A DNA stretch of 39,166 nt from Octopus bimaculoides (taxonomy: Eukaryota), in NCBI RefSeq assembly GCF_001194135.2, contig NC_068982.1, positions 142,770,726 to 142,809,891 on the forward strand, written 5' to 3'. The position numbers were made by a program, and so were the translations under genes. The notes beneath the pieces were generated by a model. The model saw only the letters and a list, made by a program, of their open reading frames with translations, searched no databases and had not been told where the DNA came from. Positions within the stretch are counted from its first letter, which is position 1, and each line of letters starts with the position of its first letter. Below, in pieces: positions 12,405 through 23,789 of the stretch.

Positions 12405-12417
12405 ATTGTTGTTGTTG

Positions 12418-12465
<48 letters not shown>
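12405..12465. repeat. (TTG)n(TTA)n trinucleotide microsatellite directly upstream of the SINE array
   Basis: Directly visible. It explains the poly-L and poly-N ORFs. Confidence 0.95.
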
Positions 12466-12466
<1 letters not shown>

Positions 12467-12469
12467 GAA

Positions 12470-13083
12470 GGTGGCGAGCTGGCATAATCGTTAGCACACC
12501 CACCGAAGTCGACTTTTACTTTCATCCTTTCAGGGTCCATAAATTAAATACCAATTGAACACTGGGGTCGATGAAATCGATACATCCCGTCTCCCTAAAT
12601 GGCTGCTCTTGTGGCAAAATTATTATCATTATTATTATTATTATTAAGGTGGCGAGCTGGCAGAATCGTAGCGCACTGGAAAAAATGCTTAGCGGTATTC
12701 CTTCTGACTATACGTTCTAAGTTCAAATTCTGCCCAGGTCGACTTTACCTTTCATCCTTACGTGGTTCGATGAAATAAGTACCATTTGAGTCGTGAGGTT
12801 GATGTAACCCACATGTCTACCTCTCCAAATTTCATTCCTTGTACCTATAGTAGAAAGAGTTATTATTGTTAAGACAACAAGTTGGGAGAACCGTTAGCAC
12901 GCCAGGCAAAATGCTTCGCTGCATTTCGTCTGTGTTTATGTTCTGAGTTCAAATCTCGCCGAGGTCACCGTTACCTTTCATCCTATTGTAGTTGATAAAA
13001 TAAGTGTCAGTTATGTACTGGGGATCTATGTAATCGTCTAGTCTCCTCCTCAAATTTCAGGCCTTATGCCCAACGTAGAAAGG
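12470..13083 (+). mobile_element. Tandem array of three SINE B copies (12470-12646, 12648-12870, 12873-13083)
   Basis: Each starts (g)gtggcgagctggca or a variant of it, and copies are separated by (ATT)n tails. The first has an internal deletion that removes the B-box. Confidence 0.85.
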
Positions 13084-13084
13084 C

Positions 13085-13250
13085 GCGCGTAAGCGAAAAC
13101 AGGATACTGTAATCACTGGTCTCTGTGTGTCTATGTTTCTGCAAAATTACTGGAAAACGGCTGAAAGGATTTTCACTAAATTGGGGAGAAATGCTCATTG
13201 GGCGAATGGCTCAAAATGATGAAAATTTGGTTTGATTATCTTCAAATATA
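13085..13250 (+). mobile_element. Helentron/HINE (DINE-1-like) non-autonomous fragment
   Basis: cgcgtaagcgaaaacaggatactgtaatcactggtctctgtgtgtctatgtttctgcaaaattactggaaaacggctgaaaggattttcactaaattggggagaaatg...aaatgatgaaaatttgg resembles the common HINE layout (gtctgt repeats, then aactc/gaaaac..tgaa.ggatttt.a..aaatt). Confidence 0.45.
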
Positions 13251-13291
13251 CATCAATACATACATATATATTCGAATCTGTGTGTGTCTTT

Positions 13292-13323
<32 letters not shown>

Positions 13324-13432
13324 GGCGTGCGCGAGTACTTGCGTGTGTGTGTCTCTGTTTGTTTGTTTGTGTGTGTGTGTGTGTGTGTTTGTGTGGTGTG
13401 CGTGAGTACTTGCGTGTGTGTATGTGTGTATA

Positions 13433-13500
13433 GTGATAGACATACGTGATAGACATACGTGATAGACGTGATAGACATACGTGATAGACGTATGTGTGTA
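13433..13500. repeat. Minisatellite, unit GTGATAGACATAC (13 bp, about 5 copies, some truncated)
   Basis: gtgatagacatac gtgatagacatac gtgatagac gtgatagacatac gtgatagacg is directly visible. Confidence 0.9.
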
Positions 13501-13807
13501 TGTGTGTATAGTGTATAGTGATAGACCTTTGTCTAAGTAGTGAGTGCAATTTACTTTGTTATCATAAAGCACGTTTAAATCCTGAATAGTTTTGTTCTAA
13601 GTCATTTGCTTCATAGACCATTATTTATGACAATCAGGCGTAGTTCGTTGCGGAATGGAATGCGGTGACTGAAAACAGGGCAGACAGAAAAACAGAATTG
13701 CCATGTTTAATAAAGATAAGAAAGTTTAAACTATCACATTGGCATGCAAAATATGTATGGCTACACATATCCTTTTGCATCCTTTTCGTAATAATTTTTG
13801 GCTGGAT

Positions 13808-14235
13808 GGCGGTGAGATGGCAGAAACATTAGCACGCCGGAGGAAATGCTTAGAGGTATTTCGTTTGTCTTTACGTTCTGAGTTCAAATTCTGCCGAGGT
13901 AGACTTTGCTTTTCATCCTTTCGGGGTCGATTAAATAAGTACCAGTTACGCACTGGAGTCGATATAATCAACGTAATCCGTTTGTCTGTCCTTGTTTATC
14001 CACTCTGTGTGTTGCCCCTTGTGGGCAGTAAAGAAATAAGAAACGTTAGCACGCCGGACGAAATGCTTAGCGGTATTTCGTTTGTCTTTCGTTCTTATTT
14101 CAAATTCTGCCAAGGTAGACTTTGCCTTTCATCCTTTCGGTGTCGATAAATTAAGTACCAGTTACGTACTAGGTTCGATCTAATCGACTGGCCACCTCGC
14201 CAAAAGTTTCAGGCCTTGTGCCTAGAGTAGAAATA
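13808..14235 (+). mobile_element. SINE B dimer (13808-14040 tail type 1; 14041-14235 5'-truncated, tail type 2)
   Basis: The second copy begins aaacgttagcacgccggacgaaatg immediately after the tail aaagaaataag of the first. Confidence 0.85.
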
Positions 14236-14911
14236 GACATGCTCTTTGTATCTTCAGTGAATGTGTGAGCACTGATGTTTGATTGTGGAATTTTTTTTTA
14301 TTTTATAATGTCTACCGTTAATACATGGTGAAGGAAAAGTTCAAACGCTTAAACATGAATATGCATCTAACGTCATTGACAATGACCGTACGTATTGATA
14401 CTATAATAAATCTAAATAGCAAACATATTTGTGCCAGACTGAACAGCTAAAACAATTAACATGTAATACGTTAGTATTATAATAGATCATAATAGACGGG
14501 GTAAATGTTTTGTAACTATGCAAGTAGGCAATTAATGACCATATCGTAAATACGCGATGAAAACTTTTGTTAGATAATACCATTTATCAATGAGTCAGTT
14601 ATTAAAAGAAAGCAAACATAAAATGCATGTCTGTTGTAAATGGCGTATATTATCCTAACACTAAGCTATTGTTATTTCATATCTAAATATACAGGGGCAC
14701 ATGTAAGGAGACATTAATATTACATAGCAGTTATTTTAAGTGCTTCAGGAACGAAATCATTAAAAGCAACTATTTCAGAGTGAAAAGTACGAAAGCGCCA
14801 TTGATGGAACGTAATTGCTGGGCGACTAGGTAATCAACTAGTCTACGGCGCCCCTGCCATTATCTCTTCTGAAAATAGTATTACGTACTATTGATAGTCT
14901 CTCCACTATTT

Positions 14912-14943
<32 letters not shown>

Positions 14944-15041
14944 ATATNNNNNNNNNNNNNNNNNNNNNNNNNNNNNNNNNNNNNNNNNNNNNNNNNNNNN
15001 NNNNNNNNNNNNNNNNNTATATATATATATATATATATATA

Positions 15042-15385
15042 TGCAGGTACGGCCGTATAGTTAAACAATTCGATTTTCACTCATTTCCTGTCGGTTTCAG
15101 TTCCACTAGGTGGAAGTGTTTGTTATAGCCCTGGGTCTTCCAGTACATTGTGGGTGAATTTGGTAATGGAAACTGTTGGAAGTCATATGTGTGTGTGTGT
15201 TTAAGTATCTTTGGTTTTGTATTTCACTGCCCATACCCTACATCATAACCGCTGTTGGTTTGATTGTGTTCTCCGTGAATTAGCGCTTCGCGGAAATGAG
15301 CGATAGAATATACTCTCCAAATATAATTACTGGTGTTCGAACTGTTTGACTTAATATATCAAGGCATCCAGCCTTCAGCATGAAC
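15042..15385 (+). mobile_element. Old degenerate SINE A copy
   Basis: Colinear with 1387-1770 and 23465-23770: tgcaggtacggccgtatagttaa head, ttatagccctggg...gtgggtgaatttggtaatggaaactg, internal (GT)n, and tagcgcttcgcggaaatgagcgatagaata. Confidence 0.6.
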
Positions 15386-16154
15386 AGCTAAAACAATTAA
15401 CATGTATAATGCATTAAACAATTAAAGCTACATACATGCATACATACAACTTGCAACAGAAATGGTAGGCAGTTACATTGAAGTTTCGGCTTGGTAGCAT
15501 TCGTTAGATTGGATTACTCTCTATTTCCAAACTATATACATATTTGTGGTGCTTCATCGTTGGAGTGGATCAATATGGTTACAAATTAGGTCTGAGGTAG
15601 CAAGGTTTTTCTTGTGATAAAATTGGATGAATACAAGAAAAGAGTTGAAGGGAAAACAAGTAGAATAAGACGGTAAGATAACCATGTGGGAAATGAGGAG
15701 GTAAGAAGGATTAAACATCTCGAACACAATCACATTTTGTAAATGAACCATTTAATATACATATGTATATACACATATATACATATATACATATATATAN
15801 NNNNNNNNNNNNNNNNNNNNNNNNNNNNNNNNNNNNNNNNNNNNNNNNNNNNNNNNNNNNNNNNNNNNNNNNNNNNNNNNNNNNNNNNNNNNNNNNNNNN
15901 NNNNNNNNNNNNNNNNNNNNNNNNNNNNNNNNNNNNNNNNNNNNNNNNNNNNNNNNNNNNNNNNNNNNNNNNNNNNNNNNTATACAACTCTTCGTTTTAC
16001 CAAATATGTAATTTTTTAAAATATGAATTTAAAGTATAAATTTCTTAAATTTTTTTTTTAAGTTGTAAATTCTTTATCAGAACGTCACTAAACTTTTGGG
16101 AAGTTCCTTTCTAGTACACAAATACAAACATACATACATACATACACGCATACA

Positions 16155-16185
<31 letters not shown>

Positions 16186-16451
16186 TTCCTTTATAAAACC
16201 TGATCGTGAGCTAGAGCTAACCCAGAACATCTTTCAAATTCACTTGTTAATTCTTCAATGCCACACGAAATGAGGCTTCCAGCTGCATATAGCAGGGAGT
16301 CTGAATTAGTCTAACAATTCTCTGAGAAACTCTTGAACATCACACAATTATTTCGTGGATATTGTGTCAATTTTGGGTCTTTCATGCCTCAAATCTCGTT
16401 CCAAGGAAGCCTGTCAATCAAAGTACATATCATGTATAGACTACAGATAAA

Positions 16452-16700
16452 GGTGTGTGGAATAGTGGGTAAGGTTATTAGACTCACAGCCTTTAGGTCG
16501 TGGTTTCGTTTCCCATAACAGTTAGTGCGACTTGCTCCTGACCAAAATACTTCATTTTCGCGTTGCTTCAATCCATTTCAGCTTGAAATGAGAACCAGCA
16601 ACAGATGCAGGATGACACTGAAACTAACCTGTGCCCTTTAAGTAAAGGAAATGGTTGTCTTGGATGGTTGTATTCCATGCAAAAGTTAAGAGCTGCGGCC
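16452..16700 (+). mobile_element. Degenerate tRNA-headed CORE-like SINE
   Basis: tggaatagtgggtaagg (A-box-like), gtcgtggtttcgtttccc (B-box-like), then ctcctgaccaaaatacttcattttcgcgttgcttcaatccatttcagcttgaaatgag (core-like). Confidence 0.55.
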
Positions 16701-17002
16701 TGATGAACCTACAGGCTCGTGACACACTTTAAATCTAAATAGAGTCTAAAGATGGAAATATGTTGTTTTTTGTTGGGTTTTTTTTTTAGATATTTTCATC
16801 AATATAAATCACATAGCCGGAATAACTAATCAATCGATTATATAAACTTGAGGGATGGATTAATGTCACTTCTTAATTTACGCTTCAGTTTATACCTTAT
16901 GTACACTCCACCAAAAATATAACATGTCACATTTTTATTTCTCTTACATCCACATTATTGCACCAATACCACTCTACACACATGAAGGTATGTTTTATGT
17001 AC

Positions 17003-17185
17003 ATGTGATCGCCCGAAACATTAAAGATAGTAACCAAATTTTCAGATCTCAATTTAGAATCTGAAAAACGTAATGTCATTTAAATAAGGTGGTTTTAAAT
17101 ATATCTATGAAGACATGGGTTTCGTGGATGAAACATGATTATAAGTATCATCCCATTTGGTCAGGGGCTAAACAGGGGAAACAAT
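17003..17185 (+). repeat. Family C degenerate copy
   Basis: gtgatcgcccgaaacattaaagatagtaaccaaat ... tcaggggctaaacag. Confidence 0.45.
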
Positions 17186-17860
17186 ATATATTTTCGAATA
17201 AATTAATTTCCTTTTTTTTTTTTTGGAATAAGTATTAAATAATTACATGCTTAAACTTGAATAAGTAGTTATTTATATAACAATTTTGACACATTAAAAA
17301 AAAATAATGGTCTAATGCTGTTATATTTACACGTGAAAATAAATGCACTGCCTACTCACAGAATTGCTTAAAGTGAACACTTGATGGTATACCTGTAGGT
17401 GTATATGAGAATAAATAGATGAGGATAGTCAGAGATATAGGCATAGATATACAACGAGCGCACTTTAAATTACATTACGAAAACGTGCTGGTAGCAACAG
17501 AACTAAAGAACCGTTCATCTAAACACTAGCTCACACACAACCCTTTTTACGAGAACGTATACATATATGCTGCCCATAAGCACACATTTCTATTTTCGAT
17601 AATAAACCAAAGACAGATGTACGCGCGCTCACACACACAAAGACACAAGATGTATATACATATATCAAGATAGCTTAGAGTCTAGCAAGATATTAAGAAA
17701 AAGGGCTCTTCTATTAATTCTTATCTTTTCATTTCAATAAGGTGGAATCATTATTTATGAATGTACATCCAGCACTTTGTCTCTGCGCTATACTCACATT
17801 CTCTCACACTTCTCCCGATATGTGACTTTCTACTAAATATATATGTATATATGTATGCAT

Positions 17861-17896
<36 letters not shown>

Positions 17897-18214
17897 GTAT
17901 ATATGTATTTCTATATTTACATATATGTACGTATAAATATGTACGAGCATATATATAGTATACAAGTGCATACATACGTACACATATAACCATATATTAT
18001 AGTTCGGCGTATTTCCTTATGTATGTGTCGATTGTCTTCTAGTAACTTCCTATCACCTAACATATGATTCAAAACCGACCTATGAGCCAACAGAGCGCCT
18101 AATGTTTAATGTTCTTATCTCTCTTTCTGCTTAATTGACTTCATGAGAGAAGCGACAACCTCTTGCTACACCTCTCCTTCTTTTCTATTTTATTATCTTC
18201 TTTTTTATTATTGC

Positions 18215-18400
18215 ATTTTGTTAATCCCAAATCAGCTCGAATCGAGCTGCCTTACACTAAAGGATGCTCCACCGATAGCCATCCCATCTCATTTTCATGC
18301 ATTATTAGCCCATGGCTACATTGTCTTTTATGCTAACAACGGTGCGATTCCGGGAAATCTTGTCTCCTATTCCATTGCAGTTCGAAATAACACTTCCAAT
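18215..18400 (-). repeat. Family C degenerate copy
   Basis: ttgttaatcccaaatcagctcgaatcgagctgccttacactaaaggatgctccaccgatagccatcccatc is the reverse complement of the family tail. It explains ORF 18143-18421. Confidence 0.55.
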
Positions 18401-18750
18401 CCTCAATATTTGGATTATTGAAATATCATCCATTTATCCCTTTTTAACCTCTACTCTCTGCGATTATTAGATATCACATAGGGATTCCTTCCATCATTAC
18501 ATCTTCGTGATATCTGTTACAACTCATATTTATACAATACTTTCAGTAATTGATTTTGCTAGCTTCTCTAGATATTTATTTCGTCTGGTCAAAACGGTTG
18601 ACATACCCATTATTTGCAATTCTCAATAACCAGATAACAAAAAAGGCAAACAAAAATATTCCTTAATTCAAAATAGCACTGTCTTACAGTCAGAGGGTAG
18701 AATAAAAAGACACTAACTTCGTTGACCAATCATTATTCGAGCTAGCATAA

Positions 18751-19470
18751 GGCAGCGAGCTGGCAGAATCGTTGCAAGCCAGGATATATGCTTAGCCCCA
18801 TTTCGTCCGTCTTTACGTTCTGTGTTCAAGTTCCGCCGAGGTTGACTTTATCTTTCATCCTTTCGGGGTCGATGAAATAAGTACACAATGGAATCGATGA
18901 AATCGACAATCCACCCACCAAAAAAAAAAAAAATAATAATAATTAGGCCGTGTGCCTATAGTAGAAAGAATTATTTTTATTACTAATATAGTGGTAAGCT
19001 GGAAGAATCGTTGGCACGTCGGAAAAAATGTTTAGTAGTATTTCTTCTGGATTTGCTCTCTAAATTCAAATACCGGTGAAGTCAACTTTCGGGATTAATG
19101 AATTAAGTACCAGCTACGCACTGGAATCGATGTAATCGACTGGTATCCCTCCTTAAAATTTCTGCAGCACTCAATTTCTCCCATGACCATATAGTTGAGA
19201 GGAGTATTATTAAATAATTCTCACTATTATCACTATTGTTGTCTAAGGCGGCGAGCTGCCAGAATAGTTAGCACAACGGGCAGTATTTCGTTTGTTGCTA
19301 CGTCCTGATTTCAAATTCCGCCGAGGTCGATTTGGCCTTACATCTATTCGGGGTCGATAAAATAACTATCAGTTGACCACCGGAGTCGATGTAATCTTCC
19401 CCTCCCCCCAAATTGTTGCCCCTGTGGAAAAATTTGAAACCACTATTATTATTGTTGTTACAGTTATTAT
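18751..19470 (+). mobile_element. Array of three SINE B copies (18751-18980, 18991-19162, 19247-19470)
   Basis: Heads ggcagcgagctggcagaatcg, gtggtaagctggaagaatcg and ggcggcgagctgccagaatag, shared bodies, ATT-rich spacers. The second and third have small internal deletions. Confidence 0.85.
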
Positions 19471-20011
19471 TGTGAAAGCAATCGACCTTATTTTTCATAT
19501 TATTTTTATTGGATTATTGTTGGGTTCTAAAAAGGAAGACGTATTCTGTGATGCACTTGTGATAAATTAGAAAATTCAACGGATTTCAAGCTAAACTGAA
19601 AGTATTTGCTTACATATAATATGTGAGGTAGAACTTTTATTACTGGAATTTATCACACTTGTAACAAAAAATAATGAATGGTGTAACAAAAAATAATGAA
19701 TTTTCGAAATATTTCAAACAGGGTGACAAAGTCAATGTATGGTGAGAAAACTACAGTAAAATGGAATCAAAAAAACATTTAAGCGAACTTACTATGGATA
19801 TTCGAGATATCTTCCATTTAAACAATACACAGGACCATATACAATGTCACCCCTCTTTGGAATACACACAAACAGTCCTAGTCAAGATTGTAGTGGAGAA
19901 AGTATAATAAATATATAAATTGTATATGCCATTATTACCAGCTACACGCAAGAGAATATTTAAACCAAATGGCTCTTTTGCAGAACCACTTTTTGGAATG
20001 AATTTTAGGGC

Positions 20012-20498
20012 TTATAAATCCAATATTGTCCTATCCTTCCTTAATACCGGTTCCCATATGCTATTCATATCTGCACTCGGTCTGCTTAGGAAGTTGTTGT
20101 GTCCTAGCATATGTGCTGCTTCTTTTAGTTTTCGTATTTTCTAGTGGTGTTCTCTGTCTATTATTTTAACTTCATCCCACAGGGTGTAGTGGTCTCCATT
20201 TTTCCATACATGATCAGCTATCAATATCTCCTTGTGTCACAGCTTTGCGATGTTCCTCTACCCATATTTTAAGAGGGTGGCATGTTTCGCCTTTGTATAA
20301 CCTACCACAGCTGCATGGGATGGAGTACATGCAGTTTTTGTTCATGTTCTCTTCTATTGGTGGTTTTACCCGATGGAGATATTTGCGAAGTGATGTATTA
20401 CTCTTGGATACTGTCCTCATGCCATATGGGCCGCATATCTTGTGTATTATTTCGGAGAGGCCTTTCACATAGAGTAGACACACTGTAGACAGTTTATT
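20012..20498 (-). pseudogene. Penelope-like retroelement GIY-YIG endonuclease fragment (disrupted)
   Basis: Translates TVCLLYVKGLSEIIHKICGPYGMRTVSKSNTSLRKYL..KNCMYSIPCSCGRLYKGETCHPLKIWVEEHRKAVTQGDID, then after a frameshift ADHVWKNGDHYTLWDEVKIIDREHH*KIRKLKEAAHMLGHNNFLSRPSADMNSIWEPVLRKDRTILDL*. These are the Penelope EN motifs VY.IPC.CG..YIGET, EH and RK.KEA. Probable 3' UTR continues to about 19700. Confidence 0.85.
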
Positions 20499-20610
20499 GG
20501 AGGGTATATCAGCCGAAACGTTGTGTTAACAACAAACAAGATTAGGACAAGTATCCGTCAAATGTAAATAATATATATAATTCCTCATCTCTTAAAAATG
20601 GAACTGTACA
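20499..20610 (+). mobile_element. Penelope-like pLTR fragment inverted relative to the EN fragment
   Basis: ggagggtatatcagccGAAACGTTgtgttaacaacaaacaagattaggacaagtatccgtcaaatgtaaataat.. carries the 3' half of a hammerhead-like motif and abuts the 5' break of the minus-strand ORF. Confidence 0.6.
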
Positions 20611-21063
20611 TATCTGTGTGTTTCTATTTGTTCCTCGTAAGAAAAAAATATGGTATAAATATTCTCTTGCATGTTTGAATGGATACATGATGCAAAATGA
20701 AGAAGGGGCTATTATTACTAATATATATATATATATATATATATATANNNNNNNNNNNNNNNNNNNNNNNNNNNNNNNNNNNNNNNNNNNNNNNNNNNNN
20801 NNNNNNNNNNNNNNNNNNNNNNNNNNNNNNNNNNNNNNNNNNNNNNNNNNNNNNNNNNNNNNNNNNNNNNNNNNNNNNNNNNNNNNNNNNNNNNNNNNNN
20901 NNNNNNNNNNNNNNNNNNNNNNNNNNNNNNNNNNNNNNNNNNNNNNNNNNNNNNNNNNNNNNNNNNNNNNNNNNNNNNNNNNNNNNNNNNNNNNNNNNNN
21001 NNNNNNNNNNNNNNNNNNNNNNNNNNNNNNNNNNNNNNNNNNNNNNNNNNNNNNNNNNNNNNN

Positions 21064-21102
<39 letters not shown>

Positions 21103-21415
21103 TGTGCGTACGTGTATATGTGAATTGTTTCTGAAACGTATGTGGTTGAGAAATGTAAGGAACAAGTAACATTAAGGATATGAGCAACATATAGAAGAAT
21201 CAAAAATAATGTAGAACATATGTTACAGATTTTGGCATCTATCATTGCAAAGCAAGATCAATAATCACCTAACTATGAGTCTTTACGCATGTCTCTGTGT
21301 GTTTATCTATCGCTGTATAAATTTATTTGCTTGTCTATCTGTCTTTCACATGACAGGAATGCTTACTAAACTGTAGAATACAAAACTAAAATTCGACGGA
21401 TTTTAACCTTTCTTT

Positions 21416-21450
<35 letters not shown>

Positions 21451-23299
21451 AGATGGAGGGGGAAACCCCACAGATATAAATCTAAGACATTTAAATTTAG
21501 AAAGAAATTAATAAAACCCTTTAAAATGTATGTATAGAAAATCAAAAATATTATCGGTGTCAATGATGAATTTCATTTTATCAGATATTTCAAAAAAACA
21601 TTTGGAATTTGAAGTAAAAACAGTTTGTGTTTATCTTCTGCTTGTGGAATGTCTGGAATTGTTCATGGAATTTTTCAGTAAAATCTTCTTTAAATATAAT
21701 TTGTTTGGAAATAATTTGGTATAGAGTTCAAGGTGTCAAAGAGAAAAAGAGGGGGGTGTAGTTGTCTTGTCTAAAAAATGTCAGTGGGTTCCTGCTCAGG
21801 GAGTGGCGTAAAATCATCTATTGAATGTGTTTTATGTCAGGGCTCTGTGTGTGTGTTTGTGTGTTTTCTATACTTTCAATATGTTTGAAATGGGATCAGC
21901 TGTGTGTTAATGTATGTTGTGATAGATGTTTACTTAAGAGTTCTATTAAGGAATTAAGGTTTGCCTTCCTTTTGGTGTGTGTGGGTTTGATCCGCGATGT
22001 TTATTTTGAGTGTTTCCAGAAGTGTGTATGTGTGTTTACGCCGTGTGTGTGTGTGTGTGTGTGCTGTTTTCGAAGTTTTCTTTGGCGTGCGTATGTGTGT
22101 GTGTGTGTGTGTTTTGCGATGTTATATATCAATTTTTCTTCCATGCAGCACTCAATTTCTCCCATGACCAATTATTGAGATGATTAAGTATTGAGATGTT
22201 TATCAACATAAAGGTAATGGATCACTTGACTTGTTTTCATTCATATATTCATTGTAAAACCTAAAATGTTCGCTTAGTTAGACTATTTACCTAGCTACAT
22301 TCTCCACCCGGTTATTCAAACGTCAACCACCATTGTAACGCTGAGGGAATATTTGTGTGCATGAGTGAGTGTGAGAGAGAAAGAGAGAGAGATGGAGAGC
22401 GGTATAGAAGGATAAAACAAACTCCTACATACAATACTAGCAACACATGCAGAAACACTTCAATGTAAGCGCATTTATGCAAGCATTAGGCTCACACAAA
22501 GGTATGTCACAAGGAAACTGCTGCAGATGTCTGTGTTTCTTGTCTCGTTTCTTGTCTTACGTTGGTCTACATTCTCTCTCTGCTTATAATCCTTTCTCTG
22601 TATTCATATCTCTTTATACATCTCAGGATGTCTCATTCTCTCTGCAGCTCCCATATAAATTAGTTTCCATCCATACACACATACATACGTACACACAGAG
22701 ACACACACATTTCATTTACTAATTGTTATATATAAAATCCATTATCAGGGTTTTAGTATGCGATCTTCAAAAGACAAAAGAAATTTCACTCTCGATGCTT
22801 TTGTGCTGTTTTGCATACATGCATACATTTATACATACATACATTCATACATACATACATACATACATGCATATATGTATATATAAATGAATACGCATAC
22901 ACATGTACGTATGTAAAAATGTGTGTATGTGTATGACGTTATGCGTGTGACTGTGTGGTACGCCTGAGCTTGTAGCTGTTATTGTTTGATTTTGTAGCTT
23001 TCTTTCCGTATGTCTGGCTGTACATTTGTATAGATGTCTGCTGATCATAAAAACTTAAAAACAAAAGCCATTTCTCTAAGCTAAATACCGCTATAGTTAG
23101 TTTTATTTAATTGTTTTCCTACAAACTATCGCCATTACTATCTCATATGTGAAACTGTAATTGTATATTGTGACACTTAGCGAATTAATAAACAAATCTT
23201 TAAAATATAATAGCTTCTCTTTATGATGTGATGGCTGCTTATAAATACAATAGTAAAAACAAGACAAGTGATAAACAACATGAACATTGAAAACAGTAG

Positions 23300-23400
23300 C
23301 AAGGTTTCAAATGTTGGAAACAAGACTAGCAATTTTGAGGGGAAGGGCCAAGCTGATGAAATCGATTCCAGTACTTGACTGATATATATTTAATAGAAAA
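23300..23400 (-). mobile_element. Partial SINE B 3' end, minus strand
   Basis: tttcaaatgttggaaacaagactagcaattttgaggggaagggccaagctgatgaaatcgattccagtacttgactg matches the reverse complement of the type-3 tail and body. Confidence 0.5.
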
Positions 23401-23464
23401 TGTCACTGTTCACTCATTATGTACAAATCTACTGGCCGTCATATGGTGAAAGTAAGCAATATAG

Positions 23465-23624
23465 TGCTGGTGTGGCTGTGTGGTAAGAAGTTGGCTTCCC
23501 AACCACATTGTCCTGAGCTCCATCCCACTGCATGGCACTTTGGGTATGTGTCTTCTACTATAGCCTTGGGTCGACCAAACCCTTGTGAGTGGATTTGGTA
23601 GACGGGACTTGAAAGAAGACCGTC

Positions 23625-23669
<45 letters not shown>

Positions 23670-23770
23670 ATATATATATATGTATGTATGCCACCCTACC
23701 ATCGGTTAACGACCAATGTTGATGTGTTTACGACCTCATAGCTTAGCGGTTCGACAAAAGAAACCGTAGT
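23465..23770 (+). mobile_element. SINE A copy with internal (TA)n
   Basis: gtgtggctgtgtggtaagaag head; tcttctactatagccttgggtcgaccaaacccttgtgagtggatttggtagacgg body; (TA)n at 23626-23680; gcttagcggttcgacaaaag. Confidence 0.8.
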
Positions 23771-23789
23771 AATTAGGGGGAACCTAATG

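Noticed and set aside
12470-14235. Regularly spaced repeats suggesting a CRISPR-like array
   Set aside because: Units are about 200-bp tRNA-derived SINEs with Pol III boxes in eukaryotic DNA. There is no short repeat plus unique spacer structure and no cas genes.
18233-18249. Perfect palindrome cagctcga-a-tcgagctg
   Set aside because: It is short and lies within a decayed family C copy; likely chance.
19660-19701. Tandem duplicate tgtaacaaaaaataatgaat x2
   Set aside because: Simple local slippage duplication near the Penelope 3' UTR; it does not flank the element like a target-site duplication.
21540-22020. Possible further Penelope GIY-YIG remnant on the minus strand (DQTHTPKGRQTL, LSKHL)
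   Set aside because: Only a few scattered residues match, which is not distinguishable from chance without a profile search.
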